Positions 1 to 11,097 of a DNA stretch of 36,487 nt are shown here, piece by piece. Below the pieces are notes generated by a model. That model was not told the origin of the DNA, did not search any database, and saw nothing but the letters and a program-made list of their open reading frames with translations. Origin of the DNA: Alphaproteobacteria bacterium (GTDB lineage Bacteria > Pseudomonadota > Alphaproteobacteria > Puniceispirillales > Puniceispirillaceae); assembly GCA_016780695.1 (NCBI GenBank), contig JADHLK010000001.1, positions 1 to 36,487 on the forward strand, written 5' to 3'. Both the position numbers and the translations under genes were made by a program. The number at the start of each line of letters is the position of its first letter. Within the stretch, counting starts at the first letter, position 1.

Positions 1-194
1 TATAATCCTAACTCTTTTATTAGAGTCATCTTGATTAAGAAGCTTAAAAAAAATGGCAGCAAAAGATCAACCGTGATTTTCATCATGAAGAAAACTGTTT
101 TATTCAATGCAGAGAGTCAAAAATCAGGCAGGCGGGAGCTGGCCGGAAGCGGGTTTTGCCGACCAGAGCTTTTATTATCTCAGGAGACAACAAC

Positions 195-1319
195 ATGACA
201 GAAATAGGCGTCGGGGTTATCGGCACGGGATTTATGGGCAAGGCTCATTCAATTGCCTATAGTGCTTCTGCTTCGGTATTTGGAACAGGCTTGCGGCCAA
301 AGCTGGAGATTGTTTGCGATCTCAGTCCGCAGCGGGCCAGCCAGCGCGCGACTGATCTCGGCTTCTCGCGCTATACCGATAAATGGCAGGAAGTGGTTGA
401 GGACCCGGCCGTGCAGCTGGTCTCGGTTTGCACCCCAAATGATACCCATGCTGAAATAGCGATAGCGGCACTGGCCAGAGGGAAAAATGTCTGGTGTGAG
501 AAGCCGATGTCCACTTCGCTTGCCGACTCAGCTGCTATGGCAGAGGCCGCCGACAGCGCAAAGGCACATACGATAATCGGCTATAATTATACCAAGAACC
601 CAGCTGTCACTCATGCCAGACGGCTGGTCGAAGAAGGGCGAATAGGACGCATTTCCGGCTTTTTTTGCCGCTATGATGTGGATAATGAGGCGGATGGTGC
701 GCGCCCCTGGTCCTGGCGTATGTCGCGCGCCAGCTCTGGCACCGGGGCCAATGGCGATGTGTTGAGCCATGTCATTTCGATTGCCCATTTTCTGACCGGC
801 TCGGAAATCTGCCGGGTGGTCGGGGATATGGCGATTGTGCATCCAGAACGCCGTGATCCAAATAGCCCGGACAGCCTGAAAAATGTAGATAATGATGATA
901 TGATCGCCGCGCTGGTGCATTTTGAAAATGGCGTGCATGGCCATATCGGAGCCAGCCGTGTGACCTGGGGGCGCAAATGCGGTCTGCGTTGGGAATTGCA
1001 TGGCACGGAGGGCACGATTTGTTTTGATCAGGAAAGGCTGAATGAGCTGCAGCTCTTTACCCGCGGGGATGATCTGGCGATGGCTGGTTTCCGAACGCTA
1101 TTGACCGGCCCGCAACATCCACCCTATGCAGCCTTTCTGCCCAATGGCGGGCACAGTCTTGGCTATATGGATGTCAAAATCTGTGAGCTGCATGATCTGC
1201 TCAGCGCGATTGAGACCGGCAAGCCTGTCTGGCCGGATTTTCAGGCCGGGCTGAAAATCGAAAAGGTAATGGATGCGGTGGATCGTTCGGCACTCTCTGG
1301 CAAATGGGAGGATGTGTGA
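195..1319 (+). CDS. Gfo/Idh/MocA family NAD(P)-dependent oxidoreductase
   Basis: ORF track gives 156..1319 with TTG at 156. I prefer the in-frame ATG at 195, preceded by AGGAG at 182-186. The N-terminal Rossmann motif IGVGVIGTGFMGKAH and the CEKPM motif are typical of this family. Confidence 0.85.
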   Translation: MTEIGVGVIGTGFMGKAHSIAYSASASVFGTGLRPKLEIVCDLSPQRASQRATDLGFSRYTDKWQEVVEDPAVQLVSVCTPNDTHAEIAIAALARGKNVWCEKPMSTSLADSAAMAEAADSAKAHTIIGYNYTKNPAVTHARRLVEEGRIGRISGFFCRYDVDNEADGARPWSWRMSRASSGTGANGDVLSHVISIAHFLTGSEICRVVGDMAIVHPERRDPNSPDSLKNVDNDDMIAALVHFENGVHGHIGASRVTWGRKCGLRWELHGTEGTICFDQERLNELQLFTRGDDLAMAGFRTLLTGPQHPPYAAFLPNGGHSLGYMDVKICELHDLLSAIETGKPVWPDFQAGLKIEKVMDAVDRSALSGKWEDV

Positions 1320-1427
1320 CCGGCTGCAGACAGCGCAAGGCTTGAAGCTGCCCGGCCAGCTGTGGCAAACTCAAATGGCGGGGCGCGTCACAGACCAGAA
1401 AAGATAAGGGAAAAGAAAGAGGCACCA

Positions 1428-1655
1428 ATGTCAGACGAGAAGGCGGAAAAAGCATTGCTGGCTGCGCTGGAGGTGATTCTGGCGGATCACCCGGATTATC
1501 AAAAGCCGCAAATTCGCAGTGACGGGGATATTCTGATACCGCTTGATCCGGTGCTGAAAAAGAACCGGGCGGCGCATCGCAATGTTGCCGAAGCGATCTC
1601 GGACTGGATGGCCCGCGACGGCAAAACCCGGCGCAGCTCTACTTGGATAGAATAA
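1428..1655 (+). CDS. hypothetical small protein (75 aa)
   Basis: ORF track gives 1362..1655 (GTG). The in-frame ATG at 1428 follows a purine-rich AAGAAAGAGG stretch. No recognisable motif. Third codon positions are G/C-rich like neighbouring genes, which supports coding. Confidence 0.4.
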   Translation: MSDEKAEKALLAALEVILADHPDYQKPQIRSDGDILIPLDPVLKKNRAAHRNVAEAISDWMARDGKTRRSSTWIE

Positions 1656-1725
1656 CCTCTGGGGGGTAGAATAACCCTTTTGGTCAGACCGCCCTTTTCA
1701 ACCCGCCCACCAGACAGGAGCAACC

Positions 1726-2496
1726 ATGCGTCCCAATAAAGTTATCGAAGCCTGGCAGGCAGGCGAAACCGCCTTTGCTGCCTGGACCAATACCGAAAGC
1801 AGCTATATCGCAGAGGTTCTGGGCCATACCGGGGCAGATGCGGTGGTCATTGATATGCAGCACGGCATGGCGGATATGCACTCCGCCCTGTCTATGCTGC
1901 AGGCCATATCAGCGACCCCGGCCAGCCCGTTTGTGCGGGTGCCGGGCCTGGATCCGAGACTGATTATGAAATTGCTGGATTATGGCAGTTACGGGCTGAT
2001 TTGCCCGCTGGTGGATAATGCTGAGCAAGCGGAGGCCTTTGTTGTGGCCAGCAGCTATCCACCGCGGGGCGGGCGCAGCTATGGGCCGGTGCGCGGCCTG
2101 CTTTATGGCGGGCCGGATTATCTGGATGCGGCAGACCGGACAATCGTGCGCCTTGCCATGATAGAAACACGCGCCGGGCTGGATAATATGGAGGCTATCT
2201 GCCAGGTGGACGGGTTGGAAGGGATTTTTATCGGCCCCTCTGATCTGAGCCTCTCACTGGGCAGCAAGCCGCGGCCGGAACCGGCAGAAGATCAGGTAGA
2301 AGAAGCCATTGCCCGCTGTCTGGATGCGGCCCATAAGGCAGGTAAAAAGGCCGGTATTTTCTGCTTCGGGGTAGAAGGGGCGCAGCGGCGCACTGCTCAG
2401 GGATTTGATTTTGTTGTCCCGCATTCTGACAGTTTCCACATGGCAAAAGCCTATCGGGCCGCATTGGAGGCGGCGCGCGCCAGCAAGAAAAACTAG
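1726..2496 (+). CDS. HpcH/HpaI family aldolase
   Basis: 256-aa ORF. The segments AVVIDMQHG, MIETRAGLDNMEAI and FIGPSDLSLSLG match the HpcH/HpaI aldolase (citrate-lyase beta-like TIM barrel) pattern. Confidence 0.8.
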   Translation: MRPNKVIEAWQAGETAFAAWTNTESSYIAEVLGHTGADAVVIDMQHGMADMHSALSMLQAISATPASPFVRVPGLDPRLIMKLLDYGSYGLICPLVDNAEQAEAFVVASSYPPRGGRSYGPVRGLLYGGPDYLDAADRTIVRLAMIETRAGLDNMEAICQVDGLEGIFIGPSDLSLSLGSKPRPEPAEDQVEEAIARCLDAAHKAGKKAGIFCFGVEGAQRRTAQGFDFVVPHSDSFHMAKAYRAALEAARASKKN

Positions 2497-3458
2497 GCTT
2501 TGCCGGGCTGGGTCTGCTGGTTCGGGCTGCGCGCAATAATCAACGCCCCGGCCAGCGTGATCAGCACCATGCCAGCCCAGCCCATAGCAGAAACCAGCAC
2601 CCCCCAAATCAGCCAGCCAAACAAGGCGGCGAAACCAAGAAAACTATATTCTGAAATGGCCAGCACCGTTGTATCACCCTTCTGATAGGAACTGATCAAC
2701 ATCCAGACGGACAGCAGCGTCAGCCCGGCCTGCACCAGCAAGGAAATCCACTGCCAGCCGGTCAGCCCCACCCAAATAACAGCCAGACCGAGCCCGCCGA
2801 CATTTCCGCTGGCATACCCGCTGGCATACCCGCTGGCAATCAACAGCCCCAGCCCGCCAATGCCGGTCAGGATAAAATAGCCCAAAACCAGTGCCAGCGG
2901 CGGTTCATCCGCACACCAATGACGGGCGATCAGATTGGCCAGCGCATACAAAGCCCCGGCGGCAACCGGCATCAAATGCCAAAGCGTGAAATCCGCCGCG
3001 CCGGGCTGCAGCAGAAACACCACCCCTAAAGACCCGGCCAGCACTGCCAAAAGCCGCCGCCAGCCCGGTATCTGGCGCAAATAAAGGCTGCTGAAGACAA
3101 GCACGAAAATCGGCGCGGTGAACAGCCCGGCGGCCGCTTCTGCCACCGGCAGGAAAACCAGAGCCCCGAAATAAAATCCCATCGCACCGGCAAAAAAAGC
3201 CGAGCGCACCAGCACCGCCACAAACCGGACCGGCCGCCAGCTGCTGCCTGCCAGCATAATCACCAGCGCCGCCATCACCACACAAATCACTGCACGCACC
3301 AGCAGATACTGGCCAAGGCTGGCCGGTGGCATCACAGTCAGCACCAGATTGTCAGAAAAGGACAGAATCGCCATCGCCGCTATCACCTGCAGCAAATGGC
3401 GGTTACCCGGCAGGGCAAGATAGGCGGCCAGTTTTGATGTAATAAATTTGTCGCTCAT
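2493..3458 (-). CDS. DMT superfamily (EamA-like) transporter
   Basis: Polytopic hydrophobic protein with about 10 predicted TM segments and two EamA-like halves. The ATG at 3458 (MSDKFITSKL) is preferred over the ORF-track start at 3521. Its stop overlaps the aldolase stop in a CTAG palindrome at 2493-2496. Confidence 0.8.
   Translation of the reverse strand: MSDKFITSKLAAYLALPGNRHLLQVIAAMAILSFSDNLVLTVMPPASLGQYLLVRAVICVVMAALVIMLAGSSWRPVRFVAVLVRSAFFAGAMGFYFGALVFLPVAEAAAGLFTAPIFVLVFSSLYLRQIPGWRRLLAVLAGSLGVVFLLQPGAADFTLWHLMPVAAGALYALANLIARHWCADEPPLALVLGYFILTGIGGLGLLIASGYASGYASGNVGGLGLAVIWVGLTGWQWISLLVQAGLTLLSVWMLISSYQKGDTTVLAISEYSFLGFAALFGWLIWGVLVSAMGWAGMVLITLAGALIIARSPNQQTQPGKA
2806..2838. repeat. 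12-bp tandem repeat CCGCTGGCATAC, about 2.75 copies, in frame inside the DMT gene
   Basis: Read directly from the sequence: perfect copies at 2806-2817 and 2818-2829, and a partial copy at 2830-2838. It encodes GYASGYASG in the protein. Confidence 0.9.
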
Positions 3459-3540
3459 GCCGACCGCCCTGTCATGCGAATCTTCTGTCAAGACACTGGC
3501 TGGAGTAAGCCCTGCTGGCAAGGGTTTTTATCGCCGCAGC

Positions 3541-4020
3541 CTAGCTGGCTGAGCCGGCGCGCGGAGCCGAAACGCCAACGGTCATCCAGTGATTCGCTTG
3601 CGGGCCGTCCGCGACCCGTTGCAGCTGCCAGAGATAGGCATAGCTCAACCCGTCCTGCGCCAGCACCCGCACAACAAAGCGCACATTATCCGCGGTTTCA
3701 TCCATCCGGCGAATCGCGTGCGCCTGATGGCCCAGAAGCGGCGCATAGGCCGGGCTGGCAAACAGCGTGCGGAAGCGGGCCAGCGGGCCGGTCATCGCCT
3801 TGTTCGCCGGATGCGCGAACAGCCAGACCTGTTCGATGCCCAGCTCCGTATCCTCTGCCTGCAGACCCATCAGCTGGATCTCTACCACCTCTTGCGGGGA
3901 ATGGCTGGCGGCTGGTCTGATCAGATCGGGTCTAATCAGTTCTGGCCGGGTCAAATCAGCAGCCAGAACAGGCCAGCTGACAAGCACAAAAAGAATCAGG
4001 GATAAAAACGCGCGCATCAT
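3541..4020 (-). CDS. exported DUF4864-like protein
   Basis: 159-aa ORF with the signal-peptide-like N-terminus MMRAFLSLILFVLVSWPVLAAD. The remainder resembles the DUF4864 family as I recall it (VWLFAHPANK...FASPAYAPLL). Confidence 0.6.
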   Translation of the reverse strand: MMRAFLSLILFVLVSWPVLAADLTRPELIRPDLIRPAASHSPQEVVEIQLMGLQAEDTELGIEQVWLFAHPANKAMTGPLARFRTLFASPAYAPLLGHQAHAIRRMDETADNVRFVVRVLAQDGLSYAYLWQLQRVADGPQANHWMTVGVSAPRAGSAS

Positions 4021-4059
4021 GGCCCCTTTACGAAAGCCGGGCGCGGGCGGATCGCTCTG

Positions 4060-5250
4060 CTAGCAGGCCGCCTGCAAGGCTTGCTCCAGATCGGCTATCA
4101 GATCATCGCTATGTTCCAGCCCGACAGACAGGCGTATATGGCCATCTGTAATTTCCAGCGCGTCGCGTTCTTCCTGCGTCAAGTTCATATGGGTTGTGCT
4201 GGCCGGATGGCAGGCCAGCGATTTGGCATCACCCAGATTATTGGAAATATCGATCAGCTGCAGCGCATTCAAAAAGGCAAAAGCCTGTCCTTTGCCACCT
4301 GGCAGCTGAAAGGCCATCAGGCTGGAGCCGCCGCTCATCTGGCGGCAAGCCAGATCATATTGCGGATGCGAGGGGTGCCCGGGCCAGGCCAGCGCCTCAA
4401 CCAATTTTTGGTCAGCCAGCCAATCCGCCAACCTGCCGGCATTGGCGGTCATCTGGGCGACCCGCAACTCAAGCGTTTCCAGAGATTTCAGCATCACCCA
4501 GGCATTGAAGGCGGATACCACCGCCCCGGTCTGGCGATAAAAGGGCAGAAACACCTTTTCGACAAAATCACGCTTGCCCAACACCGCCCCGGCCAGCAAG
4601 CGGCCCTGACCATCAATATGCTTGGTCGCCGAATAGGTCACAATATCCGCGCCCAGCTCCAGCGGGGCCTGATAAAGCGGACTGGCAAAGACATTATCCA
4701 CCACCACCAGCGCGCCTGCCGCATGGGCCAGCTCTGATACCGCCTTAATATCCACCAGCTGCAAGATCGGGTTGGATGGGCTTTCCAGAAAAACCAGCTT
4801 TGCCGGGCGGGAGAGGGCGGCTTCCCAAGCGGCCAGATCGCGCCCGTCCACGAGCTCTGTTTCGATACCCCAGCGGGGCAGAATATGGGCGACAATGGCA
4901 TAGCAGGCCCCAAACAGGGCCCGGCTGGCAACGACCCGGTCACCGGCTTTCAGCTGGCAGGCCAGCGCGCCAAAAATCGCCGCCATGCCAGTACCCGTCA
5001 TGCGGCAAGCCTCAGCCCCTTCCAGTATCGCCAACCTCTCTTCCAGCATCCGCACGGTCGGATTGCCATAGCGGGAATAAACAAACCTGTCGGTATCACC
5101 GCGAAAAGCCGCCTCAGCCTCTTCGGCATTTTCATAGACATAGCCCGAAGTCATATAGAGCGCCTCAGAGGTCTCCCGATTCGGGCTGCGATCCAGCCCG
5201 CCGCGCACTAGCTGGGTCTGTTTTTTCCAGTTTTTCGGCTCACTGGTCAT
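4060..5250 (-). CDS. metZ: O-succinylhomoserine sulfhydrylase (Cys/Met-metabolism PLP enzyme)
   Basis: 396 aa. Contains YSRYGNPTV, the PLP-lysine motif YSATKHIDGQGR, and the N-terminal TQLVRGG...ETSEALYMTSGYVY typical of MetZ. The exact substrate is not provable from sequence alone. Confidence 0.8.
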   Translation of the reverse strand: MTSEPKNWKKQTQLVRGGLDRSPNRETSEALYMTSGYVYENAEEAEAAFRGDTDRFVYSRYGNPTVRMLEERLAILEGAEACRMTGTGMAAIFGALACQLKAGDRVVASRALFGACYAIVAHILPRWGIETELVDGRDLAAWEAALSRPAKLVFLESPSNPILQLVDIKAVSELAHAAGALVVVDNVFASPLYQAPLELGADIVTYSATKHIDGQGRLLAGAVLGKRDFVEKVFLPFYRQTGAVVSAFNAWVMLKSLETLELRVAQMTANAGRLADWLADQKLVEALAWPGHPSHPQYDLACRQMSGGSSLMAFQLPGGKGQAFAFLNALQLIDISNNLGDAKSLACHPASTTHMNLTQEERDALEITDGHIRLSVGLEHSDDLIADLEQALQAAC

Positions 5251-5474
5251 GTTGTTTTTCCTGCCAGAATGTTGCTATGCACCGCCTCAGGCAAAATAAC
5301 CGCCTGGCCGACATACAGAACGCCGCCCATCTCCGTCAGCACCGGATTGCCATACAACACCCAGCCATCAGCCAGCGCATCAGACACGCGCTGACAGAAA
5401 TCCGGGCTGTCCGGCCCGGTCAGGAAACGATAGCTTTTGCCAGCTGGGCCGGCGCTTTTTTCAAGCCCTGTCAT
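5247..5474 (-). CDS. DUF1737-like small protein
   Basis: 75-aa ORF. Its stop overlaps the metZ start (ATGA at 5247-5250). The YRFLTG...DGWVLYGNPV pattern resembles DUF1737. Confidence 0.55.
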   Translation of the reverse strand: MTGLEKSAGPAGKSYRFLTGPDSPDFCQRVSDALADGWVLYGNPVLTEMGGVLYVGQAVILPEAVHSNILAGKTT

Positions 5475-5486
5475 AATGGTGATAAC

Positions 5487-6017
5487 CTAGCTGTGCGGCG
5501 CGTGCTTGGCAAGAATTCGCTGCAGCGTCCGGCGGTGCATCTTCAGCCGCCTTGCGGTTTCTGACACATTGCGGTTGCATTGTTCAAAAACCCGCTGGAT
5601 ATGTTCCCAGCGCACCCGGTCCGCAGACATCGGATCCTCTGGCGGCGGCGGCAGCGATTCCCCCTGTTGCAGCAAGGCAGAAATAATCTCATCCGGCCCC
5701 GTTGGCTTGGCCAGATAATCCACCGCACCGGCCTTAACCGCTGCGACCGCTGTCGCGATATTGCCAAAGCCGGTCAGCATGACGATGCGGCAGTTTGGCT
5801 GAGCCGCGTGCAGCCAGGCGGTGATATCCAGCCCGCTGCCATCCTCCAGCTTCAAATCCAGCACCGCATAGGCAGGCGGGTCCTGCTGAATGGCGGTTTT
5901 TGCGGCGGCCAGCGACTCAGCCGTGTTCACCTCAAAACCAGCCACCTGCATTGCCCGGGCCAGCCTCTTGCAGAACACCGCATCATCATCAACGATCAGC
6001 AATTTACCCTGTGGCAT
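5487..6017 (-). CDS. regA: RegA/PrrA/ActR family redox response regulator
   Basis: Receiver domain (LLIVDDD...VLDLKL) plus the highly conserved C-terminal Fis-type HTH NRNVSETARRLKMHRRTLQRILAK, characteristic of RegA/ActR. Confidence 0.9.
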   Translation of the reverse strand: MPQGKLLIVDDDAVFCKRLARAMQVAGFEVNTAESLAAAKTAIQQDPPAYAVLDLKLEDGSGLDITAWLHAAQPNCRIVMLTGFGNIATAVAAVKAGAVDYLAKPTGPDEIISALLQQGESLPPPPEDPMSADRVRWEHIQRVFEQCNRNVSETARRLKMHRRTLQRILAKHAPHS

Positions 6018-6052
6018 GAAAGGGTCACTTCCCTTGGCTTAAAAAATTCTGG

Positions 6053-7375
6053 TCAGCGCGGGCTGCTCTCCGCCTCCAGGCGCTGTCTCGGCAGGCGTAA
6101 TTCTACCACTGCCCCGCCCTGCTGGCTATTATAGAATCGGGCCTGCCCGCCCAGCTGGCGCATAAAGGCGCGCACCAGAAACAGGCCGAGGCCGCGATGC
6201 GCATTCTGCCCCTTGCGACTGGTCTGGCCGGGCTGGCCTGCGGCGGCCAGCATGGAGACCTTGAATCCAGGGCCGTCATCTGCAACCAGCAGGATGATCT
6301 CGGCCTCTGTCCAGCTGAGATCAAGAGTGATAAGGCGGTCTGCAAAATCAGCCGCATTATCCAGCAGCGTGTCCAGTGCCCAGCGCAATTCCGGCACCGG
6401 CACCACCACCGGCTCTGCCAGCTGCCGCGCAGTATCACCAGACAGATGAATACGCGTTTCCACCTTCATCGGATCCGGGCGCTGGGCCAGCATATTGCGC
6501 ACTATATGGCTGAGCGGCATGGCACTGGCCGCTTGCGCATCCGCCCGGCTGGCATCGCCATCCAGCTCTGAGAGAATCACCCGGCAACGCTCCAGCTCAC
6601 TCTGCAACAGGCGAATATCCTCAAAATGCGGATCTGTTTCTGCCAGTTCACGATTCAGCTCATGGGCAATCAGCGTCAGCGTATTAAGCGGCGAGCCCAG
6701 CTTGTGGGCAGCAGCGGTCGCCAGCGAGCCGAGCGCGGTTGTGCGCTGTTCTTCTGCCAGCATCAAACGGGTGGCAGCAAGCGCAGCTGAATTGGCACGG
6801 GCGGCAGAGGCCAGCCAGAAAACATAAAAACCCATAAAGACCGAGGCGACCAGCAAAGCTGTCCAGATACCGAATACAAAAAGCGGCGGCAAGGCAAGGC
6901 CGGACCCGGACCAGGGCAGCGGCAAATGAAAGAAGATCAGCAAGCTGGCTGAGCCGATAACCAACCCCAGCAGACTCAGCGTTGCGCGCAAATCCAAAAC
7001 CGCCGCCGAGACCACCACCGGGGCCAGAAACAGCACCGCAAAAGGATTCAGCAAACCACCTGTCAGATAGAGCAGCGCAGCCAGCTGAAGCACATCAAAA
7101 CCAAGTGCCAGCATCAGCAGATCAGAGGCTTCACTGTCTTGCTGGGGCAGACGCATCTGCCAGAGATTCATCAGCCCGCCAATCGCGATAACGCTCACCA
7201 CCTCCAGCAGCGGCAGATCAAACCCCAGCAGCAGATACACCAGACAGACCGACACCAGCTGACCCGCCAGCCCCAGCCAGCGAATGACAACTATCGTGCC
7301 GGGATCAAACGGGTTGGCCGGACGGCTCGCCCCCGACCCCTCTGGGTTAGGCAGGCGGAAAGGCAGCCTCACCAT
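6053..7375 (-). CDS. regB: RegB/PrrB/ActS family sensor histidine kinase
   Basis: Six N-terminal hydrophobic segments, the H-box AAAHKLGSPLNTL, a downstream Cys in SELERCRVIL (the position expected for the RegB redox cysteine), and ATPase G-boxes DDGPGF and GLGLFL. Lies directly upstream of regA. Confidence 0.85.
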   Translation of the reverse strand: MVRLPFRLPNPEGSGASRPANPFDPGTIVVIRWLGLAGQLVSVCLVYLLLGFDLPLLEVVSVIAIGGLMNLWQMRLPQQDSEASDLLMLALGFDVLQLAALLYLTGGLLNPFAVLFLAPVVVSAAVLDLRATLSLLGLVIGSASLLIFFHLPLPWSGSGLALPPLFVFGIWTALLVASVFMGFYVFWLASAARANSAALAATRLMLAEEQRTTALGSLATAAAHKLGSPLNTLTLIAHELNRELAETDPHFEDIRLLQSELERCRVILSELDGDASRADAQAASAMPLSHIVRNMLAQRPDPMKVETRIHLSGDTARQLAEPVVVPVPELRWALDTLLDNAADFADRLITLDLSWTEAEIILLVADDGPGFKVSMLAAAGQPGQTSRKGQNAHRGLGLFLVRAFMRQLGGQARFYNSQQGGAVVELRLPRQRLEAESSPR

Positions 7376-7381
7376 TTTGGA

Positions 7382-9826
<2,445 letters not shown>

Positions 9827-11089
9827 TCAGCATCCGGCTGGCCAGACAATCCGGCCTGCCGCAATTTCCAAAAACCTGGCAGCTCCCTCCAGCGGGGCAA
9901 AATCTGTCCGGTCTGTGCCGGTGAACCAGATTTGACCGTTCAGACAGCCGCAAATATCAAACAAAGCCTGGCGCCGCGTATCATCCAGATGCGCCGCCAC
10001 ATCATCCAGCAACAGGATGGGCGGCCGACCAAGGCGACGCCCCTGCAAGCGGGCATGAGCCAGCACCAGCGAGATCAAAAGTGCCTTTTGTTCACCGGTA
10101 GAGGCGCGGTTGGCCGGCTGGTTTGCCCGTTTCTCCCAGGCCAGCATATCACTGGCCTGCGGGCCGGGCATCGCCGGGTCACCAGCCTGTCTTGCCGAAG
10201 CAGCAGCCTGGAGCAACCTGTCTTCCAATTCCAGGGCCGGCATCTGGCCCACCTGATCAGCCATGCCGCCTGTCATTTCCAGCCAAGCGCTGGGGAACGG
10301 TCCGCCGGATGTTTCAGCCTCAGCATTCATATCTGCGATCAGCGCCGCCCGCGTGGCCATAATCGCCACCCCGGTTTCCGCCAACAGCGATTCCAGCGAG
10401 GCCAGCCAGACCGCATCCACCCGCCCCTCAGCCAACAACCGGCCCCGCTCACGCAGCGCCCGGTCATAGCGGGCCAGCCTGCCAGCATGGGCTGGATCAA
10501 AAGCAATCGCCAGCCGGTCAATGAAGCGCCGCCGCCCGGAGGGGCTGCCCGCAAAAAGCCCGTCCATTTGCGGTGTCAGCCAGGAAATGGCCAGACAGCT
10601 CCCCAGATCAGTCTGGGTTGCCGGGGCCTGATCAATACGCACCGTGCGGCGGCTATCCTCTGCCAAAAGCCCGGTGCCCAGCTGATGCTCACCCTGCGGA
10701 GTGACCAGACCGGCTGAGACTGACCAAAGCAGCTGCGGGCCAGAGAGCTGGCTGGCAGCGTCTGCTGTCCTTGTCGCGGTTTCAGAAGTCGGCGAATGCG
10801 CTGGCTGGCTGCGCGGCAATTCCTCGCGCCCGGCCCGCCGCAAACCCCGCCCCGGGGCCAGCAGCGAGACAGCTTCCAGCAAATTGGTCTTGCCCGCCCC
10901 GTTTGGCCCGGTTAACACCACAGGCCGACCATCCAGCTGCAATTCGGCTGTCTGGTAATTGCGAAAATCTGTCAGCCGCAAATGGCGCAGCCACCAGCCG
11001 GGGGCAAAATCGGCCCGGCCATCCCGGCGGGCCGCATCCGGCAGGGGTTTGTCTGACTTCTGGCTTGCAGAGGCAGGGACTGTCTGCAT
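9827..11089 (-). CDS. recF: DNA replication/repair protein RecF
   Basis: LTDFRNY, Walker A GPNGAGKTNLLEA, the signature STGEQKALLISL and Walker B LLLDDV. The ATG at 11089 is preferred over the TTG at 11101. It is longer than typical RecF (see findings). Confidence 0.9.
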   Translation of the reverse strand: MQTVPASASQKSDKPLPDAARRDGRADFAPGWWLRHLRLTDFRNYQTAELQLDGRPVVLTGPNGAGKTNLLEAVSLLAPGRGLRRAGREELPRSQPAHSPTSETATRTADAASQLSGPQLLWSVSAGLVTPQGEHQLGTGLLAEDSRRTVRIDQAPATQTDLGSCLAISWLTPQMDGLFAGSPSGRRRFIDRLAIAFDPAHAGRLARYDRALRERGRLLAEGRVDAVWLASLESLLAETGVAIMATRAALIADMNAEAETSGGPFPSAWLEMTGGMADQVGQMPALELEDRLLQAAASARQAGDPAMPGPQASDMLAWEKRANQPANRASTGEQKALLISLVLAHARLQGRRLGRPPILLLDDVAAHLDDTRRQALFDICGCLNGQIWFTGTDRTDFAPLEGAARFLEIAAGRIVWPAGC

Positions 11090-11097
11090 GGGCCCTC

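Noticed and set aside
5251-5486. Looked for a SAM-II or other SAM riboswitch upstream of metZ.
   Set aside because: The metZ start overlaps the DUF1737 ORF, and only 12 nt separate that ORF from the regA stop. There is no room for a riboswitch leader.
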